Source: Deltaproteobacteria bacterium (lineage in GTDB: Bacteria > Desulfobacterota > DSM-4660 > Desulfatiglandales > Desulfatiglandaceae). From it: a stretch of 16,675 nucleotides of DNA. The DNA is taken from assembly GCA_022340265.1 (NCBI GenBank), contig JAJDOH010000207.1, positions 1 through 16,675 on the forward strand, given 5' to 3'. Shown in pieces: positions 1 to 7,756 of the stretch; position 1 is the first letter of the stretch, and each line of letters begins with the position of its first letter. The position numbers were made by a program, and so were the translations under genes. The notes beneath the pieces are model-generated. The model saw only the letters and a list, made by a program, of their open reading frames with translations, was not told where the DNA came from and searched no databases.

Positions 1-736
1 TCCCCGGACGGAAATGTTCATCTTTGTCAAAAATGATGGGCGGCTTTCCTCTTTTCCGGGGGAGTTCCATGGGGACGATCTCATCCTTGAAATCCCCTTC
101 CTTGGTTGACCGTTCGGTATTGTTGTGGCTTCTGAGCGCCACTTCATCCATTGCTTCCCGGCTGATGTTGTGCATCTGGGCGATGATTTCCGCTGTGTGA
201 CCCATGATATACGGTTTCCCTTTGAAGAGCTCCAGGGGCATCCCTTCCTTAACCGGGCCTTCTTCCGGATGGGGCAGCAGATGAGAACCGCAGTGAAGGG
301 CGTGTATCATGGAGTCCACAAAGACGTGGTCCTGAAGCCTGCAGCCCCAGCGGGCGCCGGGAACGGTGTAGGGCGCTCCGGACATGTGTTCGGTACCACC
401 GGCCAGAATAACATCGGCCATGTCGGCCTGTATCATGGCCATTCCGGACAACACCGCCTCCATGCCCGAGATGCATACGCGGTTAATGGTGGCCGCGGTG
501 ACATGCTCCGGAATCCCGGCCATGAGTGCCGAAACACGTGACACGTTCAACGCGTCAGCCGGTTCCATGCAGCACCCGAACCGGACATCATCGATCAGTC
601 CGGGGTCAATTCCCGCCCGTTTGACCGCTTCTTTCATGCTGACGCTGCCGATAACGGCTGCATTGGAGTCTCTCAGTGTTCCGCCAAAGGCGCCGATGGC
701 CGTTCTGCACGCCGATACGATGACGACTTCTTTCAT
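1..736 (-). CDS. Thiolase (acetyl-CoA C-acyltransferase family), N-terminal ~245 aa; 3' end runs off the window start
   Basis: Absent from the ORF track because it is open at the window edge. Reverse complement from ATG (736-734) reads MKEVVIVSACRTAIGAFGGTLRDSNAAVIGSVSMKEAVKRAGIDPGLIDDV...ATINRVCISGMEAVLSGMAMIQ...ILAGGTEHMSGAPY, with no stop down to position 1. The N-terminus and the NRVCxSG nucleophile-Cys motif are thiolase hallmarks. GGAAAGGAG RBS is the rc of about 743-751. Confidence 0.9.
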   Translation of the reverse strand, partial: MKEVVIVSACRTAIGAFGGTLRDSNAAVIGSVSMKEAVKRAGIDPGLIDDVRFGCCMEPADALNVSRVSALMAGIPEHVTAATINRVCISGMEAVLSGMAMIQADMADVILAGGTEHMSGAPYTVPGARWGCRLQDHVFVDSMIHALHCGSHLLPHPEEGPVKEGMPLELFKGKPYIMGHTAEIIAQMHNISREAMDEVALRSHNNTERSTKEGDFKDEIVPMELPRKRGKPPIIFDKDEHFRPG

Positions 737-753
737 TTTTGCTCCTTTCCTGG

Positions 754-772
754 GCCGTGCCGTGGGCACGGC
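754..772 (-). other. Intercistronic GC-rich hairpin between the CoA-transferase stop and the thiolase start
   Basis: GCCGTGCC-gtg-GGCACGGC forms a perfect 8-bp stem with a 3-nt loop. No U-run follows on the transcribed strand, so it looks like a processing or stability element rather than a terminator. Confidence 0.4.
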
Positions 773-791
773 ATAAAAGTGATTTACAGGG

Positions 792-1982
792 TTAAATGAT
801 TTTTCGTTCTTTCAATTCGGTTAAAGCGGCTGCATCGTAGCCGAGACGTCCGCCGTAAATATCCCCGTTGTGTTCGCCGAAACGGGGCGGGAAACTCAAA
901 CGTCGGTCTGAGTGTTCAAGCCAGGGGGTCATATAGGGGGGCGGTGCCAGGGTGATGCCGGTGCCGGTTTTCTCATCCGTTGAATAAAGGAGGCGTCGCG
1001 CCACGAGGGGGTCCGTCACAACTTCGGCCAGGGTATTGATTTTGCTCGCGGGAAGCGTAATAGATTTAAACAGCCGTATCAAATCATCGGCCTTGTGGTT
1101 GACGGTGATCTCCCCAATCAATTGATTCAAGCGCCCCACATCCCCGATGCGGCCCGCGTTTTTTTCATAGGCCGGTGTGTCCAGAGACTTGAAAATATCC
1201 TGTGAGACCAGGGATTGCCATTGTCGGTCGTTGCCCACGGCCAGATAAATAAAACCATCGCTGGTTTTGTAGACCGAGACCGGGCAGAAAAACGCGTGGG
1301 TGTTGCCCCTGCGGGTACTTTTCTGATTGAAGCTGGCGGTGAAGGTAATGGGGACGGTGAGCCATGATACCGAGGATTCAAACATGGAAAGATTGATGCA
1401 GGCGCCTTCTCCCGTGGCTTCCCTTCGGTAGAGGGCTTTCATCAACTGGCCGTAGGCATGTTCGCTGGTCCCCATATCCGGCAGGGGGATGCCGAGGACC
1501 TGCGGTGCACCCGTTGCCTCGCCGGTCATCTCCATTAATCCGCTTCTGGCCTGCAAAATGGGGTCGTAGGCCCCTTCGTTGCTGTCCGGCCCGAATCCGG
1601 TGACGCCCAGCCATATGATATCCGGTTTCAAGGCCTTAAGGGTTTCGTAGTCGATTCCCAGTTTCTCATAATTCCTGGGAAGCTGGTTGGTGGTAAAGAC
1701 ATCGATTTTCAGTTCCGTAATGAGCCGATGAAAAATGTCCCGGCCCTCTTGTTCGGCCAGGTTCAGTGTCAGTGCCTTTTTCCCGGCATTAATGCATAAA
1801 AAATAGCTGTTCATCCGCTCTTCGTTCAGAACATTCGAACCGATATGCCGGTTGGGATCTCCATAAACCGGGTGTTCCAGCCGAATCACCTCAACGCCGT
1901 CGTGGGCCAGCCGGTAGGTCAGGTATGGTAGCACGGTCGCCTGTTCAAGGGATAATACGGTTAGATTCTTGAAAAGATCCAT
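792..1982 (-). CDS. Family III CoA-transferase (CaiB/BaiF/Frc-like)
   Basis: 396-aa ORF. The N-terminus LTVLSLEQATVLPYLTYRLAHDGVEVIRLEHPVYGDPNR matches the family III N-terminal CoA-binding signature, and the length is typical. GGAGG RBS is the rc of 1996-2000. Confidence 0.85.
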   Translation of the reverse strand: MDLFKNLTVLSLEQATVLPYLTYRLAHDGVEVIRLEHPVYGDPNRHIGSNVLNEERMNSYFLCINAGKKALTLNLAEQEGRDIFHRLITELKIDVFTTNQLPRNYEKLGIDYETLKALKPDIIWLGVTGFGPDSNEGAYDPILQARSGLMEMTGEATGAPQVLGIPLPDMGTSEHAYGQLMKALYRREATGEGACINLSMFESSVSWLTVPITFTASFNQKSTRRGNTHAFFCPVSVYKTSDGFIYLAVGNDRQWQSLVSQDIFKSLDTPAYEKNAGRIGDVGRLNQLIGEITVNHKADDLIRLFKSITLPASKINTLAEVVTDPLVARRLLYSTDEKTGTGITLAPPPYMTPWLEHSDRRLSFPPRFGEHNGDIYGGRLGYDAAALTELKERKII

Positions 1983-2121
1983 AAAATAAGATTTTCCTCC
2001 GTTTGATGAGAGATCGATAGAAGGTCTCCTGATGAATGCCCATCGATAGGGCTTTTATCCAGGGTCTGTGTATGGAAAGACTCTTCATATATTGGAAATC
2101 ATTAGGCTATGTCAAGATATT

Positions 2122-3171
2122 TCAGTCTTGTTTTCTTTCCCGGCTTTTCTGAAATCGCTTCACCGCCCAGTTGTGTTCCCGCAGGGTTTTAGAAAAATAA
2201 TGGGTGCCGTTATTTTTGGAAACAAAATAGTAATAGTTGCCTTCTGCCGGATTGAGCACCGCTTTTATGGCGGCCAGACCCGGATTTGCGATGGGGCCGG
2301 GTGGCAGCCCTTTGATGACGTACGTGTTGTAGGGCGTTTCGGTTCTGAGGTCCTTTTTGGTGATGTTTCCATTAAAATTGGTGACGCCGTAAATCACCGT
2401 GGGATCACTTTCAAGGCGCATGTTTCGATCGAGCCGGTTCAGGAACACGCGCGCAATCATGGGTCTTTCTTCAGGATTACCTGTCTCCTTTTCGACCATG
2501 GAGGCAAGGGTAATGACCTGCTCAAGTGCCAGGCCCGATTGACTGATCTGTTCTTCAAGGGGTGTGATGATATCCCGAAAACGTTTGACCAGGGTGGTGA
2601 TGATTTTGTCCGTTTTTTCTTTTCGCTGAAACCGGTATGTGTCCGGGTAAAGATACCCTTCAAGGGTGTTTCCGGAAAAGCCGAGGTGCGCTACCAGAGA
2701 TTTATCCCGCACCAGTGCCATGAAAGAATCCCTGCCCGCCAGCCCCTTCTGCGCCAGGAGTTCTGCAATCTGGTCCGAATTAAAGCCTTCGGGAATGGTG
2801 ACGGAAAGAGTTATGACCCGCCCTTTTTCAAGAATTTCAAGGATTTTCAATGGAGGCATGGCGCTGCTGAGACGGTATTCACCGGTTTTGATCATGTGGT
2901 CGTTTTCCATGAAGCGACCTGCCAGGCAAAAGAGGGTCTTGTTGCGAATAAGTCCCGAATTTTCAAGATCTGCTGCCACTTGATTCAGCGTGGCGCCTTC
3001 CTTTACCAGGAAATTCCGGCTTTCACCCTTTTTGTTTACGGGCCCCAGTCCGTACCGCACCCACAGGCTGGTGAAAAGAATAAAAAGGAGAAAGAGAAAA
3101 GCGGTCAGCAGCAGGATTGCCTTTGGCATTTCCCCAAAAAACCTGCATGATTTATCTGACTGTTCGTTCAT
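2122..3171 (-). CDS. mltG: Endolytic murein transglycosylase MltG (YceG-like)
   Basis: 349-aa ORF with an N-terminal TM helix (AILLLTAFLFLLFILFTSLWV). YceG motifs are present: LASMVEKE (catalytic Glu), VFLNRL, ESDPTVIYG, YNTYVIKGLPPGPIANPG, YYYFV. The start could also be the internal Met at MPKAILLL. Confidence 0.9.
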   Translation of the reverse strand: MNEQSDKSCRFFGEMPKAILLLTAFLFLLFILFTSLWVRYGLGPVNKKGESRNFLVKEGATLNQVAADLENSGLIRNKTLFCLAGRFMENDHMIKTGEYRLSSAMPPLKILEILEKGRVITLSVTIPEGFNSDQIAELLAQKGLAGRDSFMALVRDKSLVAHLGFSGNTLEGYLYPDTYRFQRKEKTDKIITTLVKRFRDIITPLEEQISQSGLALEQVITLASMVEKETGNPEERPMIARVFLNRLDRNMRLESDPTVIYGVTNFNGNITKKDLRTETPYNTYVIKGLPPGPIANPGLAAIKAVLNPAEGNYYYFVSKNNGTHYFSKTLREHNWAVKRFQKSRERKQD

Positions 3172-4130
3172 GATGCGGTCATTTCTTTCTGTTGCCCCCG
3201 AATTTTCGCCATCAGTGCGCCGATGCCCATGGCAGGCATGTCACCGCCGTTAAGATCCGACAGGTTTTCGAGAAATGCTCTGGCAGGGGGCGAAAGCTGC
3301 TGGTCTTTCAGATAAGCGATGCTCACATCCAAAAAAAGTGTCCGGTCATCAATGGATAAAGATGTCAAAAGCCCATTTTCCAACTCCATCAAAACCGCTG
3401 ATTCCACCAGGAAGGCGATGCCTTCGCCACGCTGGACCTCCATTTTGATGAATTCCGTGTTGCTGGTTTCCATGACGATGTTGGGGGTTATGTTGTTGCG
3501 GGCAAACATCCTGTCTACGAGGTGCCTGGTTCCGGAGCCCCCTTCCTTCATGATAATTCTTTCCCGGGCCAGCTCTTCAACGGATATGTCGGGTCTGGCG
3601 GCCAGAGGATGATCGGGGTGTGCGATGACGACGATTTCTTCACGGCTGAGGGGCAGAAATTGTACATCCGGGTGACTGACAATCTTGGCGATAATGACGA
3701 CTTCATTTTTAAAATCAACCAGGCTTTGAACCATGGATTGGGAACTCCCCTCATCCAGGCTGATGCGGATGTCTGAATAGGCCTGGTGAAAGCGGGTCAA
3801 CAAAAAAGGCATGAAATAGCGCGCGTAGGTTTTGGTGGTCCCCAGGCGCAAAACGCCCCGTTTTAATTCCTGCATTTCCTCAATAACAAACTCGATTTCC
3901 TTTTCGTAGTCGAACACATGTTTTGTGTATTCAAAAAGCGTCCTTCCCTCATCGGTCAAATGGACCCCACGGCCCTTTTTCCTGAAAAGTTTCATTTCGC
4001 AATGTTCTTCCAGCAATTTGATCTGGGCTGTTACCGCCGGCTGCGTAATGAAAAGATCCTTGGCCGCTGCTGTGAAATTAAGATTCTTGGCTGCATGATA
4101 AAATATGCGCAGTTGGTTGAAATTCAGCAT
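3168..4130 (-). CDS. LysR-family transcriptional regulator
   Basis: 320-aa ORF. The N-terminal wHTH MLNFNQLRIFYHAAKNLNFTAAAKDLFITQPAVTAQIKLLEEHCEMKLFRKKGRGVHLTDEGRTLF is classic LTTR, and the C-terminal part has substrate-binding-domain length. Its TGA stop overlaps the mltG ATG (ATGA at 3171-3168). Confidence 0.92.
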   Translation of the reverse strand: MLNFNQLRIFYHAAKNLNFTAAAKDLFITQPAVTAQIKLLEEHCEMKLFRKKGRGVHLTDEGRTLFEYTKHVFDYEKEIEFVIEEMQELKRGVLRLGTTKTYARYFMPFLLTRFHQAYSDIRISLDEGSSQSMVQSLVDFKNEVVIIAKIVSHPDVQFLPLSREEIVVIAHPDHPLAARPDISVEELARERIIMKEGGSGTRHLVDRMFARNNITPNIVMETSNTEFIKMEVQRGEGIAFLVESAVLMELENGLLTSLSIDDRTLFLDVSIAYLKDQQLSPPARAFLENLSDLNGGDMPAMGIGALMAKIRGQQKEMTAS

Positions 4131-4184
4131 GTTCAGAAATGGCCCGTTAGAAAGTGAAAATTGACTTTACCAAGGGATGATGAC

Positions 4185-4203
4185 TCATAAACAGAGCTTA
4201 TGA
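4185..4203. promoter_or_regulatory. Candidate LysR-type binding dyad (T-N11-A)
   Basis: TCATAA-acagagc-TTATGA is a perfect 6-bp inverted repeat with a 7-bp spacer. T4188 and A4200 satisfy T-N11-A. It lies 55-73 bp upstream of the lysR start in the divergent intergenic region. Confidence 0.45.
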
Positions 4204-4223
4204 ATACCATAAAAATTATCCAA

Positions 4224-4252
4224 TTGACACGTTTTTTTTTATGGGAGATTAT
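4224..4252 (+). promoter_or_regulatory. Possible sigma-70 promoter (TTGACA-N17-GATTAT)
   Basis: Perfect -35 TTGACA at 4224-4229 and a 4/6 -10 GATTAT at 4247-4252. It would give a leader of about 320 nt before the UbiD-like gene, so its functional relevance is uncertain. Confidence 0.3.
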
Positions 4253-4303
4253 GGAAACCAATATTTTTTTCGTCTCAGTGAACCCTGTCATAACCCCTTG
4301 CAA

Positions 4304-4349
4304 TTTTTGTTGTTATTTGGTGTTTTTGTTGGAATTTTGTTAGGATTTT
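4304..4349. promoter_or_regulatory. Helically phased T-tracts (predicted intrinsically curved DNA)
   Basis: T-runs at 4304-4308, 4316-4318, 4323-4327, 4335-4338 and 4346-4349. Tract centres are spaced about 10.4 bp apart on average. Further T7 and T9 runs lie at 4264-4270 and 4232-4240. Confidence 0.5.
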
Positions 4350-4463
4350 ACGATGATAGATCGATGCTGAGAGCACAACGGACAGGCGCTGAAGCAACTC
4401 CCATGCCGGCTTTTGAATGGGAATGTTCGCCTAGGTGAACGGGAGGCTCAAGCATTTTGATCA

Positions 4464-4479
4464 TGGGTTATTGTTTGCA
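4464..4479 (+). promoter_or_regulatory. Candidate sigma-54 (-24/-12) promoter
   Basis: TGGgttattgtTTGCA. GG at 4465-4466 and GC at 4477-4478 have the exact 12-nt offset of the TGGCAC-N5-TTGCW consensus. The box lies about 98 nt upstream of the UbiD-like ATG. Confidence 0.4.
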
Positions 4480-4576
4480 AACGCGCTTCACACACCCTTT
4501 AATCCGTGCCGTGAGGATCTTTCGGAACGGAGGGTAGGGCGCGTAAAATATCCATATTTTAAGGAGGTATTTTTAG

Positions 4577-5986
4577 ATGAAAAGCATGAGAGATTTTATT
4601 GAACTGGCGGAAAAGGAAGGTGAACTTAAAAGAATCACCGCGGAAGTGGATTGGAACCTTGAGTTGAGCCACATTGCCAAATTGAACGAAGAAGCACAGG
4701 GTCCTGCGCTCCTGTTTGAAAATGTCAAGGATTATGATACGCCGGTGATCACCAGCGCCTGTACCACCGCCCAGAAACTGGCCCTCATCATGGGGATGCC
4801 CAAGGATACCCCCCTTCCGGAGATCCTGCGCGGATGGGTGAAGATGGGCGAAAACCCCATTCCGGCCAAAATGGTGGACAAAAAAGATGCTCCCTGCAAA
4901 CAGAACATTATCATGGGCGATGATGTGGACCTCTACAAATTTCCCGTCCCCCATTTCTTCCCCCTGGACGGTGGCCGCTATATTGGAACAGCCCATTTTA
5001 TCGTCACCAAGGATCCTGAATCCGGCTGGGTGAACCTGGGCACCTACCGAAGCCAGTTGCTGGGCAAAAACAAGATCGGAACCCAGTTCATCAAAGGAAA
5101 GCATGCGGACCAGATGCTGAAGAAATACCAGAAGATGGGAAAATCCATGCCGTGCGCCTCCATCATCGGTTGTGATCCATTGCTCTTCATCCTGGGGGCA
5201 GCACGGGTTTCCGCGGAAATCAGTGAATATGACGTTTATGGCGCCATTCGCGGCGAGGCCTGTGAGGTGGTCATGGGTGAAACCGTTGATCTGCCCATTC
5301 CGGCCCACGCGGAAATCGTTCTGGAAGGGGAGTGCGATCCGGAAAAATTCATGGAAGAAGGCCCGTTTGGCGAGTACACGGGATACTATTCGGGTGTGGG
5401 TACCGATCCCAGAAACTACATGGATATCAAATGCGTCACCCATCGTGACAACCCCATCATGCACTCCACCACCGTGGGCCGGGCCGTCACCGACACCCAT
5501 ATGGTCATGGCCCTTTCATACGGCGCCACCCTCTGGCAGCAGTTGGCCGAGGAAATGCACATTCCGGGCATTAAGAGCGTTTACTGCCCCCCAGAGGGTT
5601 CCGGACGTTTTCTGGCCATCATTTCCGTGGAAACTCGATATCCCGGCCACGCTGATCAGGTATTGACCGCCGCCATATCAACGGAAATGGGCGCCTACGG
5701 TCTCAAAACCGTCATTGTGGTTGACGACGACATCGATGCATGGGATATCCCGAGGGTCATGTATGCGCTGAGCTTCCGCTTCCAACCCAACCGAAGTCAG
5801 GTCATCAAACGAGGCCGGTCTACACCACTCGATCCTTCATTGCCCATCGACGCCAGAGAGATCACCGGAAGGCTTCTGCTGGATGCGACCATCCCTTACG
5901 AATGGAAAAACAAACCGATTCCCATCACCCTCGATCCGGATATGGTCAAAAAGGTGAAAGGTCGCTGGTCCGAGTTGGGATTCTAG
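4577..5986 (+). CDS. UbiD-family prenylated-FMN-dependent (de)carboxylase
   Basis: 469-aa ORF with AAGGAGG RBS at 4560-4566. UbiD hallmarks are present: DGGRYIGT, TKDPESGWVNLGTYR (metal Asn plus catalytic Arg), KGKH, SEYDVYGAIRGE, VLEGE...EGPFGEYTGYY (acidic catalytic motif). Confidence 0.92.
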   Translation: MKSMRDFIELAEKEGELKRITAEVDWNLELSHIAKLNEEAQGPALLFENVKDYDTPVITSACTTAQKLALIMGMPKDTPLPEILRGWVKMGENPIPAKMVDKKDAPCKQNIIMGDDVDLYKFPVPHFFPLDGGRYIGTAHFIVTKDPESGWVNLGTYRSQLLGKNKIGTQFIKGKHADQMLKKYQKMGKSMPCASIIGCDPLLFILGAARVSAEISEYDVYGAIRGEACEVVMGETVDLPIPAHAEIVLEGECDPEKFMEEGPFGEYTGYYSGVGTDPRNYMDIKCVTHRDNPIMHSTTVGRAVTDTHMVMALSYGATLWQQLAEEMHIPGIKSVYCPPEGSGRFLAIISVETRYPGHADQVLTAAISTEMGAYGLKTVIVVDDDIDAWDIPRVMYALSFRFQPNRSQVIKRGRSTPLDPSLPIDAREITGRLLLDATIPYEWKNKPIPITLDPDMVKKVKGRWSELGF

Positions 5987-6012
5987 CGGCGATTCTTAAC
6001 AAATCCAAGCTC

Positions 6013-6040
6013 AGGCCCATCGTTTTTGAGCGGTGGGCCT
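6013..6040 (+). other. Intercistronic stem-loop between the UbiD-like gene and the ligase
   Basis: AGGCCCATCG-tttttgag-CGGTGGGCCT forms a 10-bp stem containing one G-U pair, with an 8-nt loop. No U-run follows. It lies in the 114-nt gap. Confidence 0.4.
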
Positions 6041-6100
6041 TGTTCCATCACCCAAAATAAGCTAACACCTGATACCTAAACGATACCTAGGAGGCGACCC

Positions 6101-7756
6101 ATGAAACCGATTCGATACAAAGAAAAAATGGTGCAGGAGTTCCTGGATGACGGGCACTGGACCGAAGAGCTCTTCTACGACTTTTACGACCGCAACGCAA
6201 CGGAAATGCCTGATCAGGAAGCCCTGGTGGATTCAAAATACCGCGTGACCTGGGCGCAGGCCAAGAAAATGGTGGATGCCATGGCCATATCCTGGGTTGA
6301 AATGGGCATTCCCAAATCAGCCCGTGTGATTATTCAGTCCCCCAACAGCGTTTACGGTTTTTTGGCCAGGGTCGCGTGCGAACGGGCCGGTCTCATCTCT
6401 CTTACGGTTTATCCCTATTTAAGACAACGGGAACTGGAGTATATGCTGGAAAAAACCGAGGCCACGGCCGTGGTGATCCCGGAAGTCTACCGCAAGTTCA
6501 ATTACCTGGATATGTACAAGGACCTTCAGAAACGGTTCACGCATCTGAAATACTTCTTCCTCTTTGATGATCAGGTTCCCCAAGGCGCACCCGATGGCAC
6601 CTATTCCATCGTCCAGATGGTGGAAGAGCGCATGAAAAAGCCCGTGGATGAATCGCTGCTGGAGGAAAGACGTTTGGACGCCAAATGGGATGTGGCGCTG
6701 CTCACCACCACCAGCGGTACTACGGGAATTCCCAAGCTTGTGGAATGGCCCACGGCGCCCAGGGTCTGCACCTCCAAAGGCCGCGTGGGGATCTGGAAGC
6801 TTAACAAAGATGATATCACCATGGCCATTGCGCCCCATGCGGGCGGGGCGGCCGGAACCCTCACTTATTTCGCTGCCCCCATCGCCGGTGCCAAAACAGT
6901 CATGCTGGAGGAATTTACCCCCGAAGGGGCCCTGGCCCTCATCGAAAAAGAGAAGGCCACGGCCATCGGTGTGGTTCCCACGCACCTGGTGCGAATGCTG
7001 GAAGCGGATGTTAAGAAATACGACCTCAGTTCTTTACGATTTATCCGGTCTGCGGGCGGTTATCTGTCCCCCCAGGTGGCGGAAGAGGCGGAAGATGCCT
7101 TTGGCGCTAGCATTACCAGTGACCTGGGTACGCAGGACAAGGGATCGGTTTCCGGTTGCAGCGTGGAAGATAGCAAGGAGCTTCGCAGACGAACCGTGGG
7201 CCGTATGCTGCCCGGCAACAAGGTGCGTCTGGTGGATGAAGAAGGAAACGTGGTGCCCGATGGCGAACCGGGCATTCTCTATTTCCGAGGTCCCCATGCG
7301 CCGGCGGGATATTATCGGGACGAAGAACTGACCGCTACGGTCTTTGATGAAGACGGATGGTGTACCACCGAGGATATTGTCAGTTTTGACCAGGGATGCC
7401 TCTGGATTCTGGGGCGTGCCAAGGATATGATCATTCGCGGTGGCCAGAACATCTATCCCGCGGAAGTAGAAGGGCTGCTCAATGAGCATCCGAAAGTTTC
7501 TTCCGTTGCCATCGTGGGGTACCCGGACCGGGCCATGGGCGAGAAATGTGCCGCTTACGTCATTCCCAAACCGGGCGAGACCTTTACCTTTGAAGAAATG
7601 GTGGAATTCCTGAAAGGAAAACAGCTGGCCATGTTCAAGTTGCCCGAGCGTTTGGAAATAGTGGATGAATTTCCGGCGGTGGGAGATTCCGGCAAGGTCA
7701 ACAAGGAAACGTTAAAGAAGATGATCAAGGAGAAAGTCGAGGCAGAGCAGGGCTGA
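6101..7756 (+). CDS. AMP-forming acyl-CoA ligase (ANL superfamily; aromatic/alicyclic acid-CoA ligase-like)
   Basis: 551-aa ORF with AGGAGG RBS. It carries the AMP-binding P-loop LLTTTSGTTGIPKLV, the hinge/A8 motif GRAKDMIIRGGQNIYPAEVE and the A10 Lys in SGKVNK. Confidence 0.9.
   Translation: MKPIRYKEKMVQEFLDDGHWTEELFYDFYDRNATEMPDQEALVDSKYRVTWAQAKKMVDAMAISWVEMGIPKSARVIIQSPNSVYGFLARVACERAGLISLTVYPYLRQRELEYMLEKTEATAVVIPEVYRKFNYLDMYKDLQKRFTHLKYFFLFDDQVPQGAPDGTYSIVQMVEERMKKPVDESLLEERRLDAKWDVALLTTTSGTTGIPKLVEWPTAPRVCTSKGRVGIWKLNKDDITMAIAPHAGGAAGTLTYFAAPIAGAKTVMLEEFTPEGALALIEKEKATAIGVVPTHLVRMLEADVKKYDLSSLRFIRSAGGYLSPQVAEEAEDAFGASITSDLGTQDKGSVSGCSVEDSKELRRRTVGRMLPGNKVRLVDEEGNVVPDGEPGILYFRGPHAPAGYYRDEELTATVFDEDGWCTTEDIVSFDQGCLWILGRAKDMIIRGGQNIYPAEVEGLLNEHPKVSSVAIVGYPDRAMGEKCAAYVIPKPGETFTFEEMVEFLKGKQLAMFKLPERLEIVDEFPAVGDSGKVNKETLKKMIKEKVEAEQG

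Noticed and set aside
125-776. Plus-strand ORFs 125-541 and 384-776, and the minus-strand ORF 249-476
   Set aside because: All overlap the edge-truncated thiolase gene on the minus strand, whose translation is unmistakable. These are alternative-frame artefacts.
2068-3150. 360-aa plus-strand ORF covering almost all of mltG
   Set aside because: It is antisense to a confidently recognised MltG gene. Its translation has no recognisable motifs, is rich in F/G/K/R typical of shadow frames, and has no RBS. I treat it as a shadow ORF.
4241-4438. 65-aa ORF with a hydrophobic segment in the lysR/UbiD intergenic region
   Set aside because: It has no RBS. Its ATG lies inside a T-run between the candidate -35 and -10 elements, and its hydrophobic stretch is simply the translation of the phased T-tracts. 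It is not supportable as a gene.
4559-5500. 313-aa minus-strand ORF antisense to the UbiD-like gene, plus the +2-frame ORFs 5172-5666 and 5740-6060
   Set aside because: The UbiD frame carries all family motifs. These ORFs have Gly/His/Arg- or Pro/Trp-rich nonsense composition and no start context.
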